Positions 51,471 through 62,639 of a stretch of 64,000 nt of DNA are shown piece after piece. A program made the translations under genes and the position numbers. Each line of letters opens with the position of its first letter. The first letter of the stretch is position 1. Source of the stretch: Camelus ferus (Eukaryota); assembly GCF_009834535.1 (NCBI RefSeq), contig NC_045696.1, positions 4,218,001 to 4,282,000 on the forward strand, in the 5' to 3' direction. The notes below the pieces were generated by a model. That model ran no database searches and had not been told where the DNA came from. It was given only the letters and a program-made list of their open reading frames with translations.

Positions 51471-53063
51471 CTGAAAAACTTTTTGATTCAATACCTCCCA
51501 CCCTTCCCTCCCCTCCAAGCCCCCTCCAAGCCCCTTCTGAGGGGGCTGCCTTCTGGGTGGTTCTCTTTGGCTTCTGGCAGGGGGTTTGCAGGGCAGACAA
51601 ACTAAAGTGGTTCCCAGCCCCCTGCCAAGAAGATAACATGCTCAGCACAAGCCTGGGAAGGGCTGCGGGTCTGCAGCGGGAGCGCGGGGGACCCTTAGTG
51701 AGGCCAGGGGAATAAATCCTCATCCTCTGCCGTCCTCAGGCTAGTGTGAAATGGAAGGAGAGGTTTCCTTCTGCCCTTTACAGCTCGCCCGAATGATGAA
51801 GGCGGCCAGGGCACCACTTTCGTTACACTTCAGACAGTCCTCTTCATCTTCCTAAAACGGCAGGGCTGAGACTGCGTCTTGAGGTCCGGGTACATGGTGG
51901 CCCTATAATAAAACTCTTGAAACCTCCAACCTGAGACCTGGGCTGGGTAGCAGGCACTAACTCAGGAACAAACCTACTAGTTTTACTTCTTTAATGGCGT
52001 GATGTCAGCGCTCCAAGAGTATCTTCACCTCTTTGAGAATTCCAAGAGCCAAAAAGCAACTTTAAAATAAAAAATTGAAATAGCAATAGACAAAAAGTCA
52101 AATAGTCCATCTGGGCGAGGAGGGGACAAGGGGAGCCACCTGACAGCCACACCAACCGTGTGCCCGCAGTCCTGGACGCTAGCCCAGAACAGGGGACGCA
52201 CGCCCCTACTGATGGCGCACCTGTGGACGTGTATGCACGAGGCACAGAAGCCACGGCGGGCCAGCCACCTGCCTCACAGTTGTGTTCCATTTTCCAGGTG
52301 GTATCTGTCGTCACTAACAAACAATAAAGTCCAGGGTCAACACCGAGTTCACGCTGGGCGAGCAGAACAGAGTGGATGCAGGGAAGAAGCTGTGACAGAC
52401 GGCAGTGGAGCCAAGTGTTAGTCCTAAAAGGAGGCTCTTAGGTTCAAAGGACAAGTGTCTTGCTGACCATCACACAGGACCTAAATGGGGCCAGGACAAG
52501 AGTCAGCAGCCACCAGCCCCCACCATCAGCCCAGGTGATCCTGAATCCGGGGCCAAAGGCTTGGCCTGCTCCATTCAGTGTCTGAGATGTAAAACAGGCC
52601 CCAAGGTGTGCTACTGCACCTGCTGGGGACAGAAAACCTGCCTCCAAACTCCTCTCCTTGGGTCCCACACAGCCTATGAGGGAGGAGGGATCATCAGCAT
52701 GATGGGTGCCCTTCACCCTCCTCTTTTGGCTTTAGTTCGAATGGGCTCAGCAATCAGTGGAGGAAACAGGAAGCTGGGAGGAGATTAAGCCCCTTACCGA
52801 TAACACAGGAAGTCAGACGGATGTCAGACGCGCTGGGCATGCTGAGGGGAAAGGCGTGTGTTTCATATCAGATATATTCGATTAAAAAGCGGTGACGGGT
52901 GCCTCACTGAGCTTTCAAAGCACGAAATACAAGCCTTCAACATGAGTGTTTGTGAGTCAGAGATAATTTAAATACCAGTGACCTGAGCTGGTCTAAGTGG
53001 GCTTTTCCCATGTTACACAATACTTCCAGCAATTCTAGAATTAATGCAACGTGACAAAAGACA

Positions 53064-53181
53064 GTTTATTTTCTTTGGGGGGGGTGGGTAATTAAGTTTA
53101 TTTGTTTTAATTGAGGTACTGGGGATTGAACCCAGGACCTTGTGCATGCTAAGCATGCACTCTACCTTCCCCCCTCCAAAA
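53064..53181 (-). mobile_element. Second vic-1-like SINE lacking the AGCTCAG part of the A box
   Basis: Reverse complement reads ggtagagtgcatgcttagcatgcacaaggtcctgggttcaatccccagtacctc; AAAAGACA at 53056-53063 and 53182-53189. Confidence 0.85.
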
Positions 53182-53457
53182 AAAAGACATTTTTAAAAAC
53201 TTAAGTGATTACTCTCTAGTGAAGAAACTGACACCAAAATACAGAAAATAACCTGAAAACCTCCCCTCCTCGACCTCCCGCCTTGTCGCCTTACACACTA
53301 TCTTGTCACCAGCTCCATGTTGACATGGCACTGAAACCACCATTTGCTGCTGCCTCTGATGAAAATTATACTTGAATTGCCGTCCTCCATCGGCAATTCA
53401 ATGATTGACAGAATGAAAGAAAAAAAAATCCACAGAATAAGAAACTTAAAAGGAACT

Positions 53458-53870
53458 TGTGAGTTAAATTATGCCCCTCCCCCCAAAAAAGATATGTTGA
53501 AATCCTAAACCCTGGTTCCTGTCCTCGATAGAAGTAATCAAGTTACAGTGAGGTCAGAATGCCTCAGGACCAGCCCTGATCCAATGACTGGCGTCCTCAT
53601 AAGAAGAGGAAAATTTGAACAAGGAAACACACATGAGGAACTGGGGGTTGGGGGTAGGCGTTGGGTAGTGGGCAAGGGCTGCCAGGAGCCACCAGAACCT
53701 GGAAGAGGCAGGAAGGAAACTCCCAGAGAGACTTCAGAGGGATCCCGGCCCTGCCCACACCTTGACTTTGTATTCCTGGCCTCCAGAACCGTGAGAAAGT
53801 ACATTTCTACTATTTTAAGTCAGCTGGTTTGTGGTTATTTGTTACAGCAGCTGCAAGCAACTAATAAAAC
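53458..53870 (+). mobile_element. MaLR LTR (MLT1B/C-like)
   Basis: aaaagatatgttgaaatcctaa...ccaatgactggcgtcctcataagaagagg...tggcctccagaaccgtgaga...tttgttacagcagc. Confidence 0.85.
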
Positions 53871-54104
53871 CTTAAAAGGTCACCAACCGATGAGGACAGG
53901 GAAGCAGGGGGAGACTGTCACCTGCCACTGTCACATGTGTGATGTCACTAGGACCCACGACCCTGCAGGACACTTCCCACCACACCCCCAGGTCATTCAC
54001 AGATAAATGCAGGTGGTTCTTTGAAAAAAAAAAAAAAAGTTGCTGCTGTTGGAATTGCAGCAAAGATGTGAAATGCTCAGACTGTGGGCCCGGCGAACCT
54101 GATA

Positions 54105-54285
54105 AGCCAGCCCTGCCACTCAGCAGCGTGGCCAGGGAACAAATTATTTGGCCTCTCTGAGCCTCCTTTTCCCCATCTGAAAACCAAGTATATAACTGTA
54201 CGTCCTTGCCAGGGCTGTTGTGAAGATAAAATGAGGTGATCTGCACAAAATGCTTAGCAGGGTGCCCAGCACCCAGTAAGCCTGA
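54105..54285 (+). mobile_element. MIR SINE
   Basis: cctctctgagcctccttttccccatctgaaaa...gttgtgaagataaaatgag...gcttagcagggtgcccagcac. Confidence 0.75.
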
Positions 54286-56289
54286 AATTAAGGTTCACTA
54301 ATAATATACAGTTGTTAACAATTTCTCAGACTGTCTCTCCAAGTTGTTTTGAGCAGACTCCTTGGCTCCCATCTCTCACCATCCTCCATAGGATGGCCTT
54401 TGATGATGAATTACTGCTCCAGAGCTCAGGGAGGGCGCCTTTCTCCCAAAGGAGCCGGTGGGAACCTAGCTTTGACTTCCAGGCTCTTTCCACCCTGGTC
54501 ATCCATTCTTCCTTGTCCTTCATCATTTACCTTCTCAATTTGTTCCATCAAATTTCTTCTTGCTGGCCTTTTTTTCAGCCTCCCTTGCAGTGAGCTTAAT
54601 GCAATTTGGAGACACTAGATGGCTTATTCCAGAAAAGACAAACTTTTAAGTTGTATATGATGGATACCTGTTTTCCAATCCAAAATCTTCCAGGTAATTG
54701 TGTACTAAGAAACCAAGAAGACAATGTGGCAGGATTAAAATGTGAGTCCCTGAAATAATTTGTTAGCTCTCTATATTCATATGTTTAAATACAAAAATCG
54801 TTTTTGATGTCTGTTTGATCCATATTAGTGGAGATAACAGAAAATCTTTCAACAGAAACCCCAAAAGCCTTTCTGAAGCCATTACAAGGTATATACTCTC
54901 AGACCTTTAGCTTCCTCAGTTGAATTTATTGTGTTAGCATGAAAGTCTTTTTTTTTTAAATAATGGAAGTTGCTGTAATTATAATCACTTTAGAGCACCA
55001 TTATTATTATTAATAAGACCAAATTACACGGTTCAAGCAGACGCTGGTTCTCTGCTGTTCGAAAGAAGGCATGTAATGGTACCAAAGCCCCGGCGCTCAT
55101 CTCCATGCCAACGCGAGGCTGCTCACACACAGGCTTCTGGGCAGATGCCTGCGATGTCTTGAAGAGTGTCAGGCAGAACAAGGGACCCCTGTTCTTGATG
55201 AAAGCATTCAAGGAACAAGCACATTTCCAACAGTTGCCTTTCCCATGGGAGAGTGGGGAACACGGGGCCTTGGTTCCTGCTGAAGCTTCTCTCGCGTTCT
55301 CTCCCATGCACACCTGGATCCAACACTTCAAGAAGGCGAGCATTGCCCTGAAGGAAGGGAGAGAGATGGAGGGATGGCCGGGCTCGGAGAGTTAAGTTCC
55401 TAACACCTTGGGGGTGTACGGTTCAGGGATCTCTGGCTGGAAAGGGTAATTTAAGGCCAAAAACCAAAGAAAAGAAGTCAGGAGGGAGGGAAGGAAAGGG
55501 AGCAGGTATCTGCCAGATCATTCAGAACTTGGGTTCTGGAGTCCAGCTGCCTGGGTTTGATTTCTGGAGCCCTCTTTTTGCTCTTATCCTGTTGCCCTAG
55601 GAAAGTCATTCAAACTCTCCAAGCTTCAGCTGTCCCATCCCCTAAGTGGGGGTAGGAACTTGAGGCCATTGTGAAGATCCCCAGGGACAGCACCCCCCCC
55701 CATAAAGTGCACAGCAAGGGGGAGCCGTCTGCACTTCCTGTGACTACTACTCAGTTTTTGAAAGATTCTAGGTTATTTACTGCTTGAATTTACAATTCCA
55801 TTTTTTCTCTCCACCTAAGCAAGTTTTATTTTAGGCTTCAGAGGATCAGCAGAGAACATAAGCATGATTCTTGGGCATTAAGACAGCAGGAAAAGTTACT
55901 TCAAGTTCAGATGTCACCCCTTGGCCATCTCTTCTTGCCTGCTGCAAACACCTGGCTGGTGGTAAGAGACATTTCAGGGGAGACAGGCCAGAAAGGACTC
56001 CTGAGGCTCCTGTCAGTAACAGCTGAGAGTTTACAGCAGGCATTTGGAAAGCATATACATGAATTCTGATATAAAGCAGCTTATTACTAAATCAGGCCAA
56101 GAAGGAGGCAAGGAATATTTCATTTCCTGTCAAATGTAAAAATTAAATCAGGATTGTTAAAAACAGCCTTCCCTGGAAACATGCTAATGTTTGAGAACTA
56201 ACCTTGAATGAACTACTTCCCTGGCCAAGGTAAAGATACCAGCATAAGATACTCAATACACTTCTGTTACTTAATTAAACTTCACCTTA

Positions 56290-56529
56290 AAAAAAAATTT
56301 GTTATTATTGAAGTATAGTCAGTTTACAATGTTGTGTTAATTTCTGGTGCACAGCACAGTGATTCAGTCATACACACATATATATTCCTTTTCATATTCT
56401 TTTTCATTGTAGGTTGTTTTACAAGACATTGACTATAGTTCCCTGTGCTGTACAGCAGGGGCTTGTTTATCTATCTTGTATATATATTAGTGTAGATCTG
56501 AAATCCCAATTTATCCCTCCAGCCCCATC
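56290..56529 (-). mobile_element. L1 3'UTR fragment
   Basis: ttgaagtatagtcagtttacaatgttgtg...gttccctgtgctgtacagcagg; AAACTTCA on both flanks. Confidence 0.85.
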
Positions 56530-58299
56530 AAACTTCATCATTTGAAATTAAGAGTCAATGGACCAATTAATAAAGACAAAGTATTATTTAGGAAAGCCTC
56601 CCCCCCCTCCCCCCCGATTGCCTAAGAGAAATCTTTTTCCATTCTTCTTAAAGCCTTTTCCCGTCCTCTCTTCTCTGGAGGGAGGCAGGCATCAGCGCTC
56701 CTTTTATTAGGCGCCGGAACTGCCCAAATCTGCTTTACTCCAGGGGAGAGAATTCCCTTCTCCTCAAAAATCAACACAAGCTGTTTTTCATCAAGCCACA
56801 CATTTCCCAAGTGGAGAATGATTTAAGGCCTGTTTCAAAGGGTTATCCTTAGGCCTCAAAGAGAGATTTATCCTCAGTCATCGTGTGAAATCTTGTGAAA
56901 AGCAAAATGTCCTAGCTTCTGGCCACCAGCGCGTGCTCTCACGTGGAAGCTTTTACCAGCACCACATCTTGCGGGGCGGTCAAGTTAAGCTTCCTCAGCT
57001 GACTGCTCCCCCCCCACAACCCCCTCTGCCCTCCAGCCGCCAGCCACCCTAGGAGATGCCCGAGTCAGCACTTACATGAAAGGAAACTCCAGTCAAAAGT
57101 TTTGAGCCGAACACATTTTCCAAGGCTTTAAAAAAAAACTAATTAAACAAGTACAGAAGTTACTCAGTAGAGTTTTTTTTAAGGATTAGCGTGACACGTC
57201 TTTCCTCTTAAAGTCTTGAATAATTTAATTAGAATTACACCAAAGTCATGAGTATGTGCTACTTATGGGGGAATCATAGCTGAATTAAAACAGAAGTGAT
57301 AACGTTAAAAATATATTTAAAATAAAGTTTCTTCAGACAGTGTATTCAATTGGTAAGAAAAACCTGACTTCAGATCACACTTGGATTAGGTAGTTTGGAC
57401 GCAGGAGGAGGGCCAAACCAGCTCCTGAGGATGTTTTTTCCTTACGATTACCGAGACTGGGCACATTTGTTTCTTGCTTCACAAAATGCTACAATTAAAA
57501 ATCGGGATGAGCGAGCTGTTTGATTTTACTTTGTCACTGGGAGATCACTTGGTCCCCGGAAGCCGAGTTCAGCCCGTAATTTTCGCAGGACCTGAACTGC
57601 GTCCAATACGTTGCGCACAGGTGTGTAGACTCCTGGGTCCGCGCAGAGAGGCTGGGGGCAGCGGCACCAGCCCGCAGGAAGCTGACAAGCCAACGCCGGG
57701 AGAGGAAAGTGGCGCCGAGGAAACGCGGCTCCCTCCGGGCGCAGCGAGCGAGCGGGCCTCCCTGGACAGGGCTGCTTTCAGCTGAGCTTAAGTATGAATT
57801 CCTTTCAAGGGATACTGCGCCGTTGGAGGCCGTCCACCAGCCTCCTCAGCGATGAGACAGCATGGGGGTGGGGGGTGGGAATATTACCGCCAAGTGATTT
57901 CCCCGGGAACCACAGCATCGCGCCCAGGGCCCAGCGCACGGTCTCCTCGCTGAAAGGAGTGTCGCATGCCAGAAGGGAATCCCGTTAGAAGCGAGTTAAG
58001 TTACAGGTCTCTCGCCGCCCAGCCACACCGAGAGCTAACAAGTTCTGAAACACTCGCACACACCCCCGGCGGCGCCCGGGGTCGGGCTGCCACCGCTCGG
58101 CGTCCCGAGTGCGCGCGCCCGTGCTCCCGGCCCGCAAGCCCCCCTGTGTCCCCAAGATGTGCTCTCTGTGGACGGCTGCCGCTTTGGGGGCGACGATAAG
58201 CTGAGCGGAGGCATAGCTGGGAGCCCCCACGAGCCCCCGAAAAGCCCGCGGCTGCAAGGCGCTAGGTCCGGGTGGGCGGGGGAGCGCCCACGGACCTAC

Positions 58300-58599
58300 C
58301 TTCTGCGGAGGGGTCCCGATCAGCATCTCCAGGTAGTAGCCGCGGCCAGAGTCCCCCTGCAGGTTATCCACCATGGCCAAGAAGTTGGCCGCGCCCCCGG
58401 CGGGCTCCAGGGCAAGCGCCAGGCCGTCTGCGCGGGGCTCGGCGGGGGGTCCGGGCCCAGGGGTGGGCGCAGCCCCCCGGCTGATGGCCGTGGCCACCCG
58501 GAGAGGCAGCGTGAAGGGCGCGAAGGCCAGCGCGGGGGCCGTGTGCAGGAGCCACTGGGCTAGCAGCGGCAGCAGCAGCGCCCGGGCCAGTGCGCCCAT
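58300..58599 (-). CDS. BACE2: BACE2 exon 1 coding part: signal peptide, propeptide and start of protease domain (MGALARALLLPLLAQWLL...NFLAMVDNLQGDSGRGYYLEMLIGTPPQK)
   Basis: ATG at 58599-58597 in context GGCATGG; translation lies inside ORF 57985..59085; donor AAG|GTAGGT. Confidence 0.98.
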
Positions 58600-58720
58600 G
58601 CCCGCGGCGGGGCCCGGGGGGCGCGCCCGGCCCGGCCCAGCCCGGCTGGTCCGGTGGCAGGGGCTCAGCGACTCCGCGGCGCGCGGGGCTGCTGGGCAGG
58701 GTTGGGTGCGCAGCGGGGCC

Positions 58721-58746
58721 GGCGGCGGCGACGGCGGCGGCGGCGG
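58721..58746. repeat. Interrupted GGC trinucleotide repeat in the likely 5'UTR
   Basis: (GGC)3 GAC (GGC)4 GG on the + strand. Confidence 0.85.
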
Positions 58747-59966
58747 ATGGGAGGAGGACCCGGGTGGAGGCGCGGCGGGAGGAGGAGGAGGCGCCGGAGC
58801 CGCCCCAGCCCGCGCCAAGTTAAGCAAGTTGGTCGCCGCTGCCCCCTCTGGCGGGCGGCGGCTGCCCCGCAGGGGCCGGGCCCCTCCCCCGCGGCCAAGG
58901 TCAAAGCGGGGCGCGGAGTCCGCCCGCGTCCACCTGGGTCTGCCCTGGCCACCCTCACTCGTCTCGGGCCGCGCCTCTTCTCCTGGAAACTCGAGTCCCC
59001 AATTTCCTCGGAACGCGCCCCGCCGGCTGCGGCCAACGGATGTGACGAGGCTCATCTGATACCAGGGGGAAAGTTTCGGGAACACTTAAAGGGGCAGTGA
59101 GGGCCTGAACCAACCCCCTGGCCACGCGCGCCCGGGTTCCCCGCTGGTGTTGCCTGGCCCCCACAGTGGCAGGGACTGCCAGGGGTGACTTGGGGGTCAG
59201 AGAGAAGAGTAGGGAATCGTAAAAAAGCCGCGAGCATCTCAAGGAGTGAGAGAGTCTGCGCCTTCTCTCGCCAAGTACATCCCTGCAGCCCTGCAGCCCT
59301 CCAGGGTCCTGCTGCTTCTCGGGGCATTTTCTGCTCACTGCCTCGTTCATTTTCCATCCCCACTTTGGGGGCCCCTGAGTGATTTTGAAGAGGTCTGGGT
59401 GGAGGCTGGGAGAATCAAGTGTTGGGGGATCTAGGCGAGGACCAGAGCGCTTTGGAGACTTCTCCCTAGAAATCCTGGGGGAGATGGAGGGCTGCTGTGG
59501 CTGCCTCAGCCTCGGATCTCCCTTGGTGTCCACCGTTTCCGGCTGGGGAGGTGGCGTCCGCAGCTGGCTTTGAGCCTGAGCTTCTCCGCCCCACGCCCAT
59601 CTGTCCGTAATGCAGATACGATGCCGCTAAGAGCTGCGCCTCCACCTGCCCCAGGACTCCCTCAGTCCACTTAGCAAGTTGCAGTCACCGTCCAAAATCA
59701 GGGGCACCATACTTCCAGCGCTACACCAATCTTTCCCCTTCCCCCTTCCCCCCAGCTTTCAGCCAAGGATTGTCTAATTAATACTTGTTAGCCGCAGACA
59801 CCAAGACCCAGGAATGCATTCAGTAATGCAAGCAATGAGGGTTATTTTAGTTTATATACTAAACGCACGGGGGACAATTACACAAGCTGAAGTCCATCGA
59901 TTTCTGCTGAAAGGAGGACTAGAAAAATCTTTCTACCTCCTCCAGCTGAATTATACTGGCTGTCTA

Positions 59967-59990
59967 AAAAACAAAAACAAAAACAAAAAC
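59967..59990. repeat. (AAAAAC)4
   Basis: Direct reading. Confidence 0.85.
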
Positions 59991-61382
59991 AAGCCAGCGC
60001 ATCTTCAAACAGTGGGGAGGTTGGAGCAAAGCTTTCCTCCTCACTGCCAATTTCCAGTTCTTTCTACTCAAGATTTCATTTTCATTCCTGTCTTCCCAAT
60101 TTTAAAATCAGGTCTAGCTCTGCAAGGGACCCTTATGTCAGAGATCTTCAGCTGTATTGATTTTCAGATGACTTTTACTATAAATCACATTTTCCCCAAA
60201 CAATATCCCAACTTTGACAAATCCCCAGCCACACAAAGAAAGGCCTAGCTGGGTCCCATGATGTAACCTAACCTGATGTTCCCCGTAAATCTGCACAGTT
60301 ATCCAGAGCCATTACATTCACATATGCACATTTCAAATTCAAGGTTGTAGAAGTGTAATTTTTAAAAAAATGGTTATTTATACTCCTCAGTGTCCAGTCT
60401 TGAGGGGTGCAAAAAGACATTCAGACAGCTCTCAGAAGACTGCAACCTTGTAAAAAGCACATGGAATTTATTAAGGACATTGACATAGGGGCTACGTGAC
60501 ATATAAGTTCAACATGAGAGACATTTGTTCTAATAATTAAACACTGCAAGAGAACTTTTTAAAAATCAAGTCTAATTAAGGTTTGTCCTTCATGAAACTC
60601 CTGACTGCATCTCATATGAGTACATATGAGATTTTCATTCTAAGAGGGCTACTTTAGGTTTATGACTAAACAGATGCATTAAGATAAAGTCACAGAGGAA
60701 CTCGGGCAGGTTTAATGGGTGGTAGAGCTGCCTCATGAGAAAATCACGCAGGCTCGAGTGACAGCATCTCGTGACTGTCCCCTTGGTTGTCTCTGTCTTT
60801 ATGAGTGGTCTTAGAGTGCCTGACCCCTCCCCAGAACTGCGGTGCTGGCTGGATTTGGGAAACAATAACTTTACCTTCCAGGTGTTTTAACTGAAATTTG
60901 AAATTGTATGTGCTGGTCCTCTCTCAGGTAACGTCATCCTTGAAGCACTTCTCCAAAAAAGAAGCCCCTTCCCGTAGTGTTGGTGAGCAACGCAGTGGGG
61001 AGGCAGGAGGTGAATCTCCACAGCACCCCTGAATCCTCTGCACACTGGCCCAAGCTCCCTCACTGCATCCATAGCTTCCTGCTCCTCCTCTCTCTCCTCC
61101 TCCTCCCCATTCTTCCTCTAGCCTGAACACCTCCATTTTCAACCACACACTTCCTTGGTCCACTCAGGAAAACCGAAGCACTCCAGTGAGATGGCCCTCC
61201 CTCCTTGCAAAGAGCACACATCATCATTTTCATGTCACTGGACAGCAGAAGGTGAGGAAGAGTCTCGCCCTCTAGCCCAAGTCGCTAACCACTTGTCCGT
61301 GGTGCCTGGCCAGAAAGCTTGCCATCCACGTGTGTGCCGACGCTCCCTGGCTCTTCTGAGCAGCTCAGAGTTCCTTTAACAC

Positions 61383-61843
61383 CAGCAGTTCTCAGACTTG
61401 TTGGTCTCAGGTCCCCTTTATAGTCTTACAAACTGTGGACCCCAAAGCACTTTTGTTTATGTGGAGCCTGTCAAAGTCACCAAATTAGGAAATAGAACTG
61501 AGAAATTTTAACAGTATATAGTAATTCACTTAAAAATAACAATCAACCCATTATACAGCAACATAAACATTTTAACGAAAACTAACTTTTGAAAAAATTT
61601 AGAAGAATGACATGATTTTATCTCTTTGCATTTTTGCCAATCTCTCTCTGGCTTAATAGAAGGCAGCTGGATACTTATATCTGCTTCTGTATTCAGCCTG
61701 TTAGGAGGCTCTGGAAAATTCTGTCCAACAGGCAGGAGACAATGAGCATGAACAAGGCAAATAACATTTCCGTATTATCATTAAAAAAATGTTTTGAGCT
61801 AAAGGACCCCCTGGAAGGGTCAGCCACACTTGGAGAACTGCTG
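61383..61843 (+). mobile_element. Complete non-autonomous hAT-Charlie element (MER119-like)
   Basis: 11 bp perfect terminal inverted repeats CAGCAGTTCTC...GAGAACTGCTG; 8 bp TSD TTTAACAC/TTTGGCAC. Confidence 0.82.
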
Positions 61844-62639
61844 TTTGGCACTGTCTTTCTTTGGTTTCTGTTTGCCTCTGAAGTCATTTCCAACATATAA
61901 TGAGTCCTTTGTACCAGGCACTGTGTCAACAACTGGGAGGAAAAGGTGAAATAAGACCTGGTCCTTAAGTTTGCAAACTAGATCAAGGGGCCCTTTCCTC
62001 TACCCTAGAGCCCCACCCCCTCCCCCATCCCCATCCCCAGACTTAGCAGGAGGAGGACACCAGCCACCTGCAGCCCAGAGGATGCTTGTGGGTTCATCTC
62101 TTCACCCTCCAGCAGCTCCATTTCCTGCCTGCCTCCAGACCTCTTCTCAGCAACTTATGGACATGCCTAAAAGCCCCCTTCTCTCTCTTTTTAAACCTGT
62201 TTTGTTCCGCCCCTCTGCTGCTGCTGCACCGTATCCCCCTCCCATAGAAAGGGCTGCCTCCTACGTCTTCCCCCTTCACTCACCCCTCACCTACAAAGCT
62301 CTACCCACAAACTGACAGGCTCTGTAAATGTTTCTCCGTCCTTATCCGTACCCACCCGCTTGGCAGCATTGCACACCGGGCTCTCCATCTAGGCCTGGGG
62401 TCTCTGAGCTTGGCTGTTCCCTAGAATCCCCTGGGGGATCCTGCCTGCACCTCTTCCCTAGAGGTTCCTGTTCAGCTGGCTTGGGTCAGGGCTCCAGAAC
62501 TGCTGGTTGTAAAGTCTTCCAGGTGAATCTGGACTTGAGCCCGGGAGAAACGGGGTGAGATGTCAGGCTGAAGAGGCTCAGCGTCGCTGGAGGCCTGAGC
62601 TGATCTGGGAACTTCGGGGTGCATTCTTGAGGTCTTCCA

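Larger units (their letters stand above)
57550..59280. promoter_or_regulatory. CpG island covering the BACE2 promoter, 5'UTR and exon 1; no evident TATA box
   Basis: Very high GC and CpG density around exon 1, with several GC-box-like sites (CCGCCC/CCCCGCC). Confidence 0.9.

Noticed and set aside
40000..52000. Ortholog of the human antisense lncRNA PLAC4
   Set aside because: Suggested only by position; nothing in the sequence supports a transcript.
57806..57815. U12-type donor (GTATCCCTT, minus strand) to pair with the U12-like exon 2 acceptor
   Set aside because: Mismatched to RTATCCTTT and about 485 nt past the strong canonical exon 1 donor, beyond an in-frame stop; likely chance.
58373..59059. 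228 aa antisense ORF and other overlapping ORFs in the CpG island
   Set aside because: Low-complexity Gly/Ala/Arg sequence expected where GC-rich DNA lacks stop codons.
57985..59085. 366 aa ORF as a single-exon protein
   Set aside because: Only the central 100 codons are BACE2 exon 1; the rest is GC-rich leader and read-through into intron 1.
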